The notes: a model not told the origin generated them from the sequence alone. DNA of 64,000 bases from Planctomycetota bacterium (GCA_038043285.1 JBBTCJ010000022.1:15539-79538); one strand, 5' to 3'; shown: positions 9,591 to 19,335, counted from the first letter of the stretch. Numbers and translations: made by a program.

Positions 9591-10916
9591 TTATCCGCGG
9601 CGTTGCACGATGACCATGTGCTGATGGACCACGCGCCAGACGTCGGCCGCCGGAAGCGTAACCGTCACCCGCGCGGTGCCCTGCTCGAAGATCGCCGGAG
9701 CCGTAACCGCGCCGTCGATGATCGCTTCCACCTGGGTGGTGATTTCGTCGTGCTGGGTCACGAAATCGCGAACCACGGTGCCCGACCGAATCTCCAGACC
9801 GTACACCTGCTCGGTGAGCTTGCGCATCCCGTCCAGCGCCGCGGCGCGGGCGGCCTTCAGCTTGCCCTGAGCGGTGTCCATGCCCGGATCCGTGCCCTCG
9901 CCGGTGGCTTCAATGGTCCGGTCCATCCACTGCGGCATTTCGACGCCCGAACTTTGCACCTGGCTGATGATCTGCCGGCGCGGCACTCCGGACCCCGTCG
10001 CCTGGATGTACTGCCGGTCGACCGTCTGCTTGATGTTCTGAATGTCCGTCGTGGTCACCTTGTTGCCGTGATAATGCTCGCTGTGAAGCTCTTTGATCTT
10101 GGTGACCACCTGCTCGACGGGGACTTCCATGGTCACCTCGGCGATCAGCTCATCCTCGTGGAGGTACTTGCCGACGCGGCGCGCGCCGATGACGATCCCC
10201 TGAGCCTGCGTGCTGATCTCGTCGGACTCGGTGATGAAGTCGCGGACCAGCGTGTCGGAGGTCAGCCGCAGCCCCTTGATCTGCTCCAGCAGCTTGCGCA
10301 TCGCGTCGACCTCGCCGGCGCGTTCGGCCATCAGGCGCTCGTTGGGCGGAACGGACTTCCAGATGCCGGGCACGGGCATGACGGCCGGGGGCTTGTATTC
10401 AGGTGGCAGCGGCGTGATCGCCTGCTCGACGCCCTGCGGAAGATTCGGCGGAAGGTCCGGACGCGGCGCGCCGGAACCCGTGACCTTGATCACGTCGGTC
10501 TTGATGCTTTCCTTGATCTGCTCGAAGTCCGTGGTCTTGACGGTGTTGCCCTTGTAATGGGCGGTGTGGACTTCCTTCAGCGTCGAGATGAGCTTGGCGA
10601 CGGTGACCTCGGCTTCCACCTCGCAGGCGCCGTCTTCGTAGTAGCGCGGTTGACCCAGGCGCACGCCGCGGATGAACGTATCCACGCCCGCCCGAATCTC
10701 GTCGCTCTCGGTGATGAAGTCCCGAACGTGCGTCTCGGAATTGATCTTCACCCCGTACACCGTCTCCGCCAACTTGCGGTAGCAGTCGGCCTCGGCGGCC
10801 CGACGCGCCAGTAGTTTGTTCTGTGCATCCCTGGCTGGATCCTGCGCCACGACGATGCCGACGACGGCCAGCGTCGCCCCGGTCGTCAGCCACGCCCAAC
10901 GTTTTCCGGTGAACAT
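9591..10916 (-). CDS. Secreted protein with three tandem LPP20/FlgP-like repeats
   Basis: The ATG at 10916 has an aaggag SD and is followed by a signal-like N-terminus. There are three repeats of 'A.RAA..D..RKL.E...G..I.S.T.VRDF.TESDEI'. Repeats 1 and 2 (~120 aa) also share 'HY.GN.V.TTD...IK......TGSG.PR'. Confidence 0.7.
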   Translation of the reverse strand: MFTGKRWAWLTTGATLAVVGIVVAQDPARDAQNKLLARRAAEADCYRKLAETVYGVKINSETHVRDFITESDEIRAGVDTFIRGVRLGQPRYYEDGACEVEAEVTVAKLISTLKEVHTAHYKGNTVKTTDFEQIKESIKTDVIKVTGSGAPRPDLPPNLPQGVEQAITPLPPEYKPPAVMPVPGIWKSVPPNERLMAERAGEVDAMRKLLEQIKGLRLTSDTLVRDFITESDEISTQAQGIVIGARRVGKYLHEDELIAEVTMEVPVEQVVTKIKELHSEHYHGNKVTTTDIQNIKQTVDRQYIQATGSGVPRRQIISQVQSSGVEMPQWMDRTIEATGEGTDPGMDTAQGKLKAARAAALDGMRKLTEQVYGLEIRSGTVVRDFVTQHDEITTQVEAIIDGAVTAPAIFEQGTARVTVTLPAADVWRVVHQHMVIVQRRG

Positions 10917-11113
10917 ATGGTTGCATCTCCTTGTTGAAACGGTCCGTCGGCCAACACGGATAAGCCCGCGCAGGTCCACGTTTCGATTGCGTATTCTCGT
11001 TGACACTTACAACCGCCGAAGGTTAGCCGTCCGTCTAAAGCCCCGTGCACGGGGGTCCGGAACATCTTTCCACCCCCGAAATGCCGGCGTCGTATCACCA
11101 TCGACCGGACGTC

Positions 11114-12160
11114 TTAGCCGCCCTTCCGTACGCGGCTGCCGTACGTCTTCACTCGATCGCGAGCCTCGGCATAGACCGGGTCGTCCGCCCCCGCACAGGC
11201 TGTCTTGTAGTTGTGCATGGCGCTTTCAAGGTTGCCCATCGCCTCGCCAGCGAGGCCCGCTCCGTACGCCGCCTGATGGTCGTTGGGGTTCTCCGCCAAC
11301 GCCGCCTGGAACGCACCGAGGGCCTCTCGATAGGACTCCGCGCGAAGGTAGCGCACGCCCTGGGCGCAGTTGGCGTTCCCGCTGGATTCGATCTCCGCCT
11401 CGACGTCGATGCGACAGGGCATCAACATGCTGACGAATTCGCGGGCCCCGCGCTCCACCAGCGATCCGATGATTTTGTCGGCGGGGGTGAGGTCGGCCTC
11501 CGTCGAGCTGGAACCGAAGATCGGGCTGGCCTTGGTCTTCTCCGTGGCGCTGTAGGTCCGCGGGCTGAAGTACTCCCACACCTTACCGTTGCCGGAATCG
11601 ACAAGCTTGAACGACACCTTCACGGTCATGTTGCGGGTGACGGTTTCGACCTCTTCGGTCTGGGCGCTGACGCTACCGCCGCCGCGCCGCCCGCCGCCCC
11701 AACCGGAGAGATCAAGTCCCGCCAGCGTGCGCTGTTTGCCCACGTGCTTTTCGACCTTCACCTCGATGTTGCTAAGCAGGTACCCCTCCGCGCCGATGAG
11801 TTGCCCGCCGCCGCCGCCCTTCTTGGTGGACAGCCCCGCGGCTGCGAGGTCTGCTTCGTCGAACACCGCCTGTGTGTCACGGCGCTCGGTAACGGTGATC
11901 TTCGCGCCGAACTTGCCGCGCGATTCGTTGATCAACGACTGAAGAATCGTGACCGAGATTTCCGACCACTTGGGATCCGTGGTCTCGCCGACCTTGGCCG
12001 GCATCACCGCAATCGTCTCCATGCCCGGCGGCAGCCCCTTGGCCGGCTCCACCGCATAGGCGAAGTTCACCACCGCCCGCTCCCTCGACGCGCACCCGAC
12101 CAACAGAGGCGACGCCGTCATCCCAATCCACAACAGTCTTTGCACCTTAGGCCCTAACAT
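11114..12160 (-). CDS. CsgG/LpoB-like lipoprotein with a C-terminal TPR-like tail
   Basis: The ATG at 12160 is preceded by a GGAGGTG SD. The lipobox is 'LLVGCAS'. The CsgG-like pattern is 'IAVMP...VTERRDTQAVFDEADLAAAGL...IGAEGYLLSNIEV...VKVSFKLVDSGNGKVW'. The TPR-like C-terminus is 'YREALGAFQAALAENPNDHQAAYGAGLA'. Confidence 0.65.
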   Translation of the reverse strand: MLGPKVQRLLWIGMTASPLLVGCASRERAVVNFAYAVEPAKGLPPGMETIAVMPAKVGETTDPKWSEISVTILQSLINESRGKFGAKITVTERRDTQAVFDEADLAAAGLSTKKGGGGGQLIGAEGYLLSNIEVKVEKHVGKQRTLAGLDLSGWGGGRRGGGSVSAQTEEVETVTRNMTVKVSFKLVDSGNGKVWEYFSPRTYSATEKTKASPIFGSSSTEADLTPADKIIGSLVERGAREFVSMLMPCRIDVEAEIESSGNANCAQGVRYLRAESYREALGAFQAALAENPNDHQAAYGAGLAGEAMGNLESAMHNYKTACAGADDPVYAEARDRVKTYGSRVRKGG

Positions 12161-12574
12161 CCGCACACCTCCCATGTCTAGAGTATCTGCTTGGCATCGT
12201 CACCTGCCGCGACCGCGCGTGGCAGCGGATGACCGACGGCCCAAACGAACGCGAGCCTTGCGTGACTCGCTTTGAATATCTGTGTAGCGACTGACCGCCA
12301 CACCCGCGTTGGGTGGGCGCCTTCGTCCGATAAGCATCCTATCCGGGAACGCCCGGGACGGCGAGCCATGCCGCCGACCCAGGGGCCGCAAACTGCCTTG
12401 AGGAGTCCAGGACGCGCAGATAGCACACCACCGCCCGCCCGCGACGTCAAGAAGCAGGCCGCGGGAAGCTGAGACCGTTCCGCCCGGCCCGGTTTTCTGT
12501 TCCGTTGCCCGTACCTACAATCGACGACCCGACGCGAAGGCGCGGACCCTGGCGACCTAGGAGCTTAAATACCC

Positions 12575-13786
12575 TTGACCCCCCGTCGGACAACGCGAAA
12601 GGTTATGGTCGGCGGCGTGCCCGTTGGCGGGGGTGCACCGGTGGCCATCCAGTCCATGACCAGCACTTACACCCATGACGTGGACGCCACCGTGCGGCAG
12701 ATCCGACAGTTGGCCGAGGCGGGTTGTGATATCGTACGGGTTGCGGTTCCGGACCGGAAGGACACCGAAGCCCTTCCGGCGATCCTCGATCAGTCACCCG
12801 TCCCGATCGTCGCGGACGTGCATTTCCACTATGAACGGGCGCTCGAGGCGATCGAGGCCGGCGTGCACAAGATTCGCTTGAACCCGGGCAACATCAAGGA
12901 CCGCGGGGAAGTCGACCGCGTCATCCGTGCGTGCCGCGAGCGCCGCATCCCCATCCGCGTCGGTGTCAACGAGGGCAGCGTCGTCGAACGCCGGGACAAG
13001 GAACTTCGCGGAGCGCAGATGGCCGACCTGGCGGTCGATCGCCGTGCGAGCCTGGTCCGGTTGATGGTCCAGACGCTGGAGCACTACCTGCGCATCTTCG
13101 ACGAGAACGACTTCCACGACGTCGTCCTGGCCGCCAAGAGCATCGACGCGGGACTGGTGATCGACGCCTACCGCGCGATCAGCGAGCGGTTTGATTTTCC
13201 CTTGCACCTGGGCGTGACCCACGCCGGTCCGCCGGAGACGGGGCGCATCCGCTCGATCGCCGCGCTGGGTGCGCTGCTGGCGAGCGGGATCGGCGACACC
13301 ATCCGCATCTCCTACGCCGCCGATCCCATTTTCGAGGTCGAGGACGCCAAGGAACTCCTCTGTTCGTTGGGGCTTCGCAACCGCGTCGAACCGGAATTGA
13401 TCGCCTGCCCCACCTGCGGGCGAATCGAAATCGATCTCATCAAACTGGTGGCCGAGGTGCGACAAAAACTCGCCACGATCAAGACGCCGGTGAAGGTCGC
13501 GGTGATGGGCTGCGTGGTCAACGGTCCGGGCGAAGCCGAAGGCGCCGACGTGGCCGTCTTCGCCGGCAAGGGGCGGGGGATCATCTACGTTCGGGGCGAG
13601 CAGAAGCGGACCGTGACCGAGGCGGAGATGCTCGACGCCCTGTACGAGGAAGCGGTGGCCTTTGCCGCCCGCGTCGAACGCGGTGAGGTCGCGCTCTCGG
13701 CGGGGCGAGTGAACATCGTGCCGCCGGATCCGTTGCCGAGGAGGGATGGGACGATCCCGTTGACGGTTGGCGTCCGACGGCGATAG
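12575..13786 (+). CDS. ispG: 4-hydroxy-3-methylbut-2-enyl diphosphate synthase
   Basis: Motifs are 'VGGGAPVAIQSMTSTYTHDVDATVRQIRQLAEAGCDIVRVAVP' and the cluster cysteines 'CPTCGR...GCVVNGPGEA'. Confidence 0.95.
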   Translation: MTPRRTTRKVMVGGVPVGGGAPVAIQSMTSTYTHDVDATVRQIRQLAEAGCDIVRVAVPDRKDTEALPAILDQSPVPIVADVHFHYERALEAIEAGVHKIRLNPGNIKDRGEVDRVIRACRERRIPIRVGVNEGSVVERRDKELRGAQMADLAVDRRASLVRLMVQTLEHYLRIFDENDFHDVVLAAKSIDAGLVIDAYRAISERFDFPLHLGVTHAGPPETGRIRSIAALGALLASGIGDTIRISYAADPIFEVEDAKELLCSLGLRNRVEPELIACPTCGRIEIDLIKLVAEVRQKLATIKTPVKVAVMGCVVNGPGEAEGADVAVFAGKGRGIIYVRGEQKRTVTEAEMLDALYEEAVAFAARVERGEVALSAGRVNIVPPDPLPRRDGTIPLTVGVRRR

Positions 13787-13797
13787 TCTCCACGCAT

Positions 13798-14991
13798 ATG
13801 TTTCTGTCCGATGATGAGCTGAGGCAGTTCGCGCACGGGCAGGAAAGCGGTCGCGTCGAACGCAAGGGATCGCTGAGTGACCGTGAACAGATCAAAAAAA
13901 CCATCTGTGCATTCGCAAACGATTTGGCCGACTGCCGGAAGCCCGGCATCCTGCTCATCGGTCTCGACGATGGCGGGTCTTGCGCTGGGTTGAAGCCGTC
14001 GGAAGCGTCCATACGCACAATCGTGGATTTCCGTGGCGAGGGGAACCTTCTCCCGCTCCCGACGTTCTGCGTCGAGTGGCGCCGGATTGACTCATGCGAC
14101 GTACTCGTCGTTCAGGTTGAACCATCCGCGGTTCCGCCGGTGCGCCTACGGGGCCGGGTTTGGGTTCGGATTGGTCCGACGGTTCGTGCAGCGACGCCCG
14201 AGGAGGAAAAACGACTTTCTGAAAGGCGCCGATGGCACGACTTGCCGTTTGACCATCAACCGATCGATGCGGCATCACCGTCCGATCTTGATATCCGTTT
14301 GTTCGAGGGGGTTTATTTGCCCGGTGCGATTGACCGAGAGGTGCTCGAGGCGAACCAGCGATCGTCCGTCGAGCAGCTCGCATCGCTACGGTTTTTGACC
14401 TCCAACGGGAGGCCCACGGTTGCGGGAATTCTTGTACTCGGAAAGGATCCGAGGCAATGGGTGCCTGCCGCATACGTGCAGTTTGCTAGATTCGCCGGAA
14501 CGGAGATTTCCGACGACGTACAAGACCAGAAGGAACTCTTTGGACCTATCCCTACGTTGATGCAAATGATGGAGGAGACCCTGGCGGTCAACATACGGAT
14601 TGCGACGCAGATCGGCGGAGGAGTCGTCGAAAGTCGGAACCCGGATTATCCGGTGGACGCGTTACGTCAGTTGGTGAGGAACGCCGTCATGCACCGCGCC
14701 TACGAGGGTACGCATGCGCCAGTGCGCGTTCACTGGTTCGCTGATCGAATCGAGATCTACAATCCAGGAGGACCGTTCGGGATCGTAAACCGCGGCAACT
14801 TCGGGCAACCCGGCGTGACGGACTACCGGAATCCGGTTCTTGCCGAGGCGATGAAGGTTCTGGGGTACGTCCAGCGTTTCGGCGCGGGGATTCCGATCGC
14901 AAGGAGGGAACTGGAGAGAAACCGGAACCCAGCGCCTGAGTTCTTCGTGGAAGCTGAACACGTCCTGGTCACGGTTCGCAAACAGCCATGA
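13798..14991 (+). CDS. Schlafen/AlbA_2-domain protein with a C-terminal HATPase_c_4/wHTH ('divergent AAA / RecG-like' family)
   Basis: The N-terminus is 'ESGRVERKGSL...ICAFANDLA...GILLIGLDDGG' (AlbA_2-like). The C-terminus is 'LRQLVRNAVMHRAY...IEIYNPGG...YRNPVLAEAMKVLGYVQRFGAGI'. It starts 11 nt after ispG, and the local sequence is AT-richer than the flanks. Confidence 0.8.
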   Translation: MFLSDDELRQFAHGQESGRVERKGSLSDREQIKKTICAFANDLADCRKPGILLIGLDDGGSCAGLKPSEASIRTIVDFRGEGNLLPLPTFCVEWRRIDSCDVLVVQVEPSAVPPVRLRGRVWVRIGPTVRAATPEEEKRLSERRRWHDLPFDHQPIDAASPSDLDIRLFEGVYLPGAIDREVLEANQRSSVEQLASLRFLTSNGRPTVAGILVLGKDPRQWVPAAYVQFARFAGTEISDDVQDQKELFGPIPTLMQMMEETLAVNIRIATQIGGGVVESRNPDYPVDALRQLVRNAVMHRAYEGTHAPVRVHWFADRIEIYNPGGPFGIVNRGNFGQPGVTDYRNPVLAEAMKVLGYVQRFGAGIPIARRELERNRNPAPEFFVEAEHVLVTVRKQP

Positions 14992-15995
14992 AAGCGATCG
15001 CCTTCTTTAACAACAAAGGTGGAGTGGGAAAGACCTCGCTTGTTTACCATCTGGCGTGGATGTTCTCGGATTTGGGCGTGCGAATTGTCGCCGCCGACCT
15101 TGATCCACAGGCCAACCTCACCTCGATGTTCCTCAATGAAGACAAATTGGAGAAGCTTTGGCCGGATTCCGACCACGACTTTACGGCGCTCGGTTCGGTT
15201 GCTCCGATTCTCAAGGGGACCGGGGACATAGCGGATCCACATGTCGAGGAAATCACGGAGAACCTTGGACTCATCGTCGGCGACCTGGGGCTCGCACGGT
15301 TCGAAGCAAAGTTGTCGGAGGCGTGGCCGAAATGCGTTGACCAAGACGAGTCGGCTTTCCGTGCCGTCTCTTCTTTCTATCGGATTCTCGTTTCCGCTTG
15401 CAAGAAACGCGATGCGGAGTGGGCGCTGATCGACGTGGGGCCGAACTTGGGCGCGCTCAATCGCTCAGCTGTTCTCGCCGCAGATTCGGTCGTCGTCCCC
15501 ATTGCCGCGGACTTGTACTCCTTACAGGGCTTGAAGAACCTCGGACCCACTCTGCGTGACTGGCGGAAGCAATGGAAGGACCGGCTCGAAAGGGTGCCGA
15601 AAGCCGACTCGCTGCCTCTTCCCCAAGGAGCGATGGAACCCGCAGGGTACATCGTCATGCAACACGCCGTTCGTCTGGATCGTCCGGTCAAAGCCTACGA
15701 GCGTTGGACACGGCGCATTCCAGAAACATATCGGCAGGAAATGCTTGAGGATCCTACGGAAGGAAGCCTTGACCCCAAGGACGACCCGGCCTGCCTTGCA
15801 TCGTTGAAGCACTATAGAAGCCTTATGCCGTTGGCCCAGGACGCGCTGAAGCCGATGTTTCAACTCAAGGCCGCGGATGGGGCTTTGGGAGCCCACGTAT
15901 CGGCGGTCCAGAGTTGCTACAATGATTTTAAATCGCTCGCCCTCAGGATAGCTAAGGTATGCGGGATTGAGGTACCGCGCTTCCACTCGCCCTAA
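14988..15995 (+). CDS. Orphan ParA/MinD-family ATPase with a ~120-aa C-terminal extension
   Basis: It has the deviant Walker A 'FNNKGGVGKTS' and 'DLDPQANLT'. Its start overlaps the upstream stop by 4 nt (ATGA). There is no parB-like gene nearby. Confidence 0.85.
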   Translation: MKAIAFFNNKGGVGKTSLVYHLAWMFSDLGVRIVAADLDPQANLTSMFLNEDKLEKLWPDSDHDFTALGSVAPILKGTGDIADPHVEEITENLGLIVGDLGLARFEAKLSEAWPKCVDQDESAFRAVSSFYRILVSACKKRDAEWALIDVGPNLGALNRSAVLAADSVVVPIAADLYSLQGLKNLGPTLRDWRKQWKDRLERVPKADSLPLPQGAMEPAGYIVMQHAVRLDRPVKAYERWTRRIPETYRQEMLEDPTEGSLDPKDDPACLASLKHYRSLMPLAQDALKPMFQLKAADGALGAHVSAVQSCYNDFKSLALRIAKVCGIEVPRFHSP

Positions 15996-16232
15996 GTCCC
16001 GTTGCCCGTTCATGTTGTCCGAGCGTGGTGCGCGACGGGTCTGGGCCGGAGTCGGCATGGTGCCCCGGAACCGATTTTCACCTGCTGGCGTGGTATTGAA
16101 CTTGCCTGTAAGGTGAGGGTCGAAGGCGGTTCGGTGGGGCGTGGTCAGCACCAAACCGCCGGACGGAAGCGCGCGATCCGCGCCCCAAGCGAGGCTCCGC
16201 GCCGTGGGCCGAGTTACCCATAGGTAAAACGC

Positions 16233-17387
16233 ATGATACTAGCCGTTCCGAAAGAGGTCGTTGACGGTGAACGACGCGTCGCGTTGGTCCCGGAATCGGT
16301 CAAGAAGCTGGTGAAGGCCGGGGCGGACGTGGTTCTGGAAGCCGGCGCGGGCGTCGCCTCCTATTTCTCCGACGACGACTACCAGGGCGCCGGAGCGACG
16401 ATCGAACCCGACGTGGTCAAGCTTCTGTCGGCCGCGGACTTCATCGCCAAAGTTCAACCTCCCGTGCACCATCCGGTCGCCGGTCGGCATGAAGTCGATC
16501 TGTTCCGCGAGGGGGCGGCGTTTCTGACGACCCTCTATCCGACCCGCAACCTCGACGCGGTCCGCCGGCTGGCGGCCCGCCGGATCACCAGTTTCGCAGC
16601 CGACTGCATCCCGCGAACGACGCGGGCCCAGACCATGGACGTGCTGTCGTCGATGGCCAACATCGCCGGGTACAAGGGCGTCATCCTCGCCGCCGATCAG
16701 CTCGCCAAATACTTCCCCATGTTCATGACCGCTGCCGGAACGGTTTTTCAGGCCAAGGTGTTCGTCATCGGGGCGGGGGTCGCGGGGTTGCAGGCGATCG
16801 CCACCGCCAAGCGCCTCGGCGCGACGGTGACGGCCACCGACACCCGACCGGTCGTCAGGGAACAGGTGGAAAGCGTCGGCGGGAAGTTCGTTGGGGTAGA
16901 TGCATCGGAGAGTGCTCAAGACGCGGGCGGATACGCGAAGGAACTCTCCAAGGATTTCTATGATAAACAAGCGAAGTTGATTTCCGACCAGTGCGCAATC
17001 AACGACGTGGTGGTGACCACGGCGCTCATCGGCGGGGTGAAGGCGCCGAAACTGATCACCGAGGAGATGGTTCGGCGCATGAAGCCGGGATCGGTGCTCA
17101 TCGACCTGGCCGCCGAGGGCGGCGGCAACTGCGTGCTCAGCGAGCCGGGCAAGATGGTCGAGAAGCACAACGTCAAGATCTGCGCGCCGCTGAACCTCCC
17201 GTCGCAAATGCCGCTGCACGCCAGCACCCTGTACTCGCGCAACGTGACGTCGTTTCTGACCGCGTTTCTGAAGGACAAGGCCTTCAACCTCGATTGGAAC
17301 GACGAGATTCTCAAAGGCGCCGTCATTACCCATTTTGGAGAGGTCATGCACGGTCCGACGAAGGACGCGTTGTCGAAGGCGACCTGA
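16233..17387 (+). CDS. pntAA: NAD(P) transhydrogenase alpha subunit, part 1
   Basis: It has the AlaDH/PNT fold, with 'VFVIGAGVAGLQAIATAKRLGA' and 'DLAAEGGGNC'. Confidence 0.95.
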   Translation: MILAVPKEVVDGERRVALVPESVKKLVKAGADVVLEAGAGVASYFSDDDYQGAGATIEPDVVKLLSAADFIAKVQPPVHHPVAGRHEVDLFREGAAFLTTLYPTRNLDAVRRLAARRITSFAADCIPRTTRAQTMDVLSSMANIAGYKGVILAADQLAKYFPMFMTAAGTVFQAKVFVIGAGVAGLQAIATAKRLGATVTATDTRPVVREQVESVGGKFVGVDASESAQDAGGYAKELSKDFYDKQAKLISDQCAINDVVVTTALIGGVKAPKLITEEMVRRMKPGSVLIDLAAEGGGNCVLSEPGKMVEKHNVKICAPLNLPSQMPLHASTLYSRNVTSFLTAFLKDKAFNLDWNDEILKGAVITHFGEVMHGPTKDALSKAT

Positions 17388-17477
17388 GCCGCGGGCTTAA
17401 CGCCCGCGCCAACGATCGCCCACGACCCTTCGCCGCCGGTTCAACCGGAAGGAAACCGCACACACGGGAACAACGCC

Positions 17478-17771
17478 ATGCAGCAGTTGGATTTGTGGTC
17501 GATGCTGTTCGTGTTCATGCTCGCAACCTTCATCGGGTTCGAGGTGATCCGCAACGTTTCACGGCTGCTTCACACGCCGTTGATGTCCCTGACCAACGCG
17601 ATTTCCGCGATTGCCGTGGTCGGTTCGATCATCATCGCCGGCGAGCAGAAGGGCACCTTTGCCACCGTGCTGGGAACCGTCGCGGTGGCCGCCTCGATGA
17701 CCAACATCGTCAGCGGATTCCTCATCACCGACCGGATGCTCAAGATGTTCAAGAAGCCGGGGGCGAAGTGA
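17478..17771 (+). CDS. pntAB: NAD(P) transhydrogenase alpha subunit, part 2 (membrane)
   Basis: It is a ~97-aa 3-TM protein ('GFEVI..V...LHTPLMS.TNAISAI') lying between pntAA and pntB. Confidence 0.9.
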   Translation: MQQLDLWSMLFVFMLATFIGFEVIRNVSRLLHTPLMSLTNAISAIAVVGSIIIAGEQKGTFATVLGTVAVAASMTNIVSGFLITDRMLKMFKKPGAK

Positions 17772-17773
17772 TC

Positions 17774-19177
17774 ATGGGCGCGACCGCGATCGACAACCTG
17801 ACGCAACTCACCTACCTGGCCGCCACGGCGTTGTTCGTCTTTTCACTGAAATGGCTCAGCTCTCCCAAGACCGCCCGGCGCGGCGTCGTGGCCGGAGCTT
17901 TGGCGATGACCGCGGCCATCCTCGGCACCCTGCTGCACCATGAGATCATCACCTTCAAGTGGATCGGCATTGCTTTTGTGATCGGAACGGTCATCGGCGT
18001 GCCGCTCTCCTGGGTGCCGCTGACGGCGGTGCCGCAACGGACCGCGCTGTCGCACTCGTTCGGCGGGCTGGCGGCGGGGCTGGTTGGAACGGCCAAGTAC
18101 TTCATCTGGCTTCACGAGGACGGCGCCCTCACCACATTCCGCACCACGGCCATCATCATCGAGGTGATCCTGGGATTCGTGACCTTTACCGGAAGCCTGA
18201 TGGCTTGCGGAAAACTGCAGGAATGGATTCCCACGCGACCGATCACCTATAAGAACCAGAACTTCATCAACCTTGCGCTGTTGCTGATCGCCGCCGTGGT
18301 CGGCGTGATTCTGATCCTCAATCCGCAAACGTGGGGGCTGTTCCCGCTCGTGATTCTTTTGTCGCTGGCGTTCGGTGTGCTGCTTATCATTCCCATCGGC
18401 GGCGCCGACATGCCCACGGTCATCTCGCTGCTGAATGCCTACGCCGGTCTTTCGGCCGTGGCCATGGGCTTCGTCCTCGAAAACAAACTGCTCATCACCG
18501 CGGGCGCGCTGGACGGATCGTCGGGCTTCATCCTCTCGGTCATCATGTGCCGGGCGATGAACCGCTCGTTCACCAACGTCCTCTTCGGCGCCTTCGGACA
18601 GGTGCAGACGTCCGCCGCTGCGGCCGAGCAGAAGTCCTACAAATCCGCCACGCCGCAGGACGCGGCCCAAATGCTGGAGACCGCCGGCAGCGTGGTGGTC
18701 ATCCCCGGTTACGGGATGGCCGTCGCCCAGGCGCAACATCGCGTGCGGGAATTGTATGACCAACTCACCAAACGCGGGGTCAACGTCAAGTTCGCTATTC
18801 ATCCCGTAGCCGGCCGCATGCCCGGGCACATGAACGTGCTGCTCGCCGAAGCGGAGATCCCCTACGACAAGCTGGTGGAGATGGACGACATCAACGGCGA
18901 AATGGTCCAGGTGGACGTGGCCCTGGTGCTGGGCGCCAACGACGTGGTCAACCCGGCCGCCCGGCACGACAAAAACAGCCCGATCTACGGCATGCCGATC
19001 ATCGACGCGGACAAGGCCAAAACGTGCCTGGCCGTCAAACGCACCATGAACCCCGGCTTCGCGGGAATCGAAAACGAACTCTACTACGCCGACAACACCC
19101 TGATGGTCTTCGGCGACGCGAAGGCCGTCGTCGGCGACGTGGTCAAGGAACTCTCCGGCCAAACTGGGATTCACTGA
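17774..19177 (+). CDS. pntB: NAD(P) transhydrogenase beta subunit
   Basis: The ATG at 17774 lies 2 nt after the pntAB stop. Motifs are 'GGADMPTVISLLN', 'VIPGYGMAVAQAQ', 'IHPVAGRMPGHMNVLLAEA' and 'VLGANDVVNPAA'. Confidence 0.95.
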   Translation: MGATAIDNLTQLTYLAATALFVFSLKWLSSPKTARRGVVAGALAMTAAILGTLLHHEIITFKWIGIAFVIGTVIGVPLSWVPLTAVPQRTALSHSFGGLAAGLVGTAKYFIWLHEDGALTTFRTTAIIIEVILGFVTFTGSLMACGKLQEWIPTRPITYKNQNFINLALLLIAAVVGVILILNPQTWGLFPLVILLSLAFGVLLIIPIGGADMPTVISLLNAYAGLSAVAMGFVLENKLLITAGALDGSSGFILSVIMCRAMNRSFTNVLFGAFGQVQTSAAAAEQKSYKSATPQDAAQMLETAGSVVVIPGYGMAVAQAQHRVRELYDQLTKRGVNVKFAIHPVAGRMPGHMNVLLAEAEIPYDKLVEMDDINGEMVQVDVALVLGANDVVNPAARHDKNSPIYGMPIIDADKAKTCLAVKRTMNPGFAGIENELYYADNTLMVFGDAKAVVGDVVKELSGQTGIH

Positions 19178-19335
19178 CCTCATACCAGGCACAGGTCGGA
19201 AGTGTCCACTGGGACTGTCGACGTACCAGGGTCTTTCAGTTTTCTATTCGCGGGATATTGCCGTGAATCGGCGGGACTCGTTGGCCGATCCCCGTCCGCC
19301 GGCATGGTCTATCAAAAGCCCAATATGGGGGGGGA

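Noticed and set aside
9153-10814. 553-aa ORF on the plus strand
   Set aside because: It lies antisense to the LPP20-repeat gene, which has an SD, a signal sequence and an internally repeated protein structure. It is a shadow ORF.
16991-17773. N-terminal 261 codons of the 728-aa ORF that ends as pntB
   Set aside because: This part overlaps pntAA and pntAB in another frame and is Arg-rich. The real pntB start is the ATG at 17774, right after pntAB.
17843-19192. 449-aa ORF on the minus strand
   Set aside because: It lies antisense to pntB.
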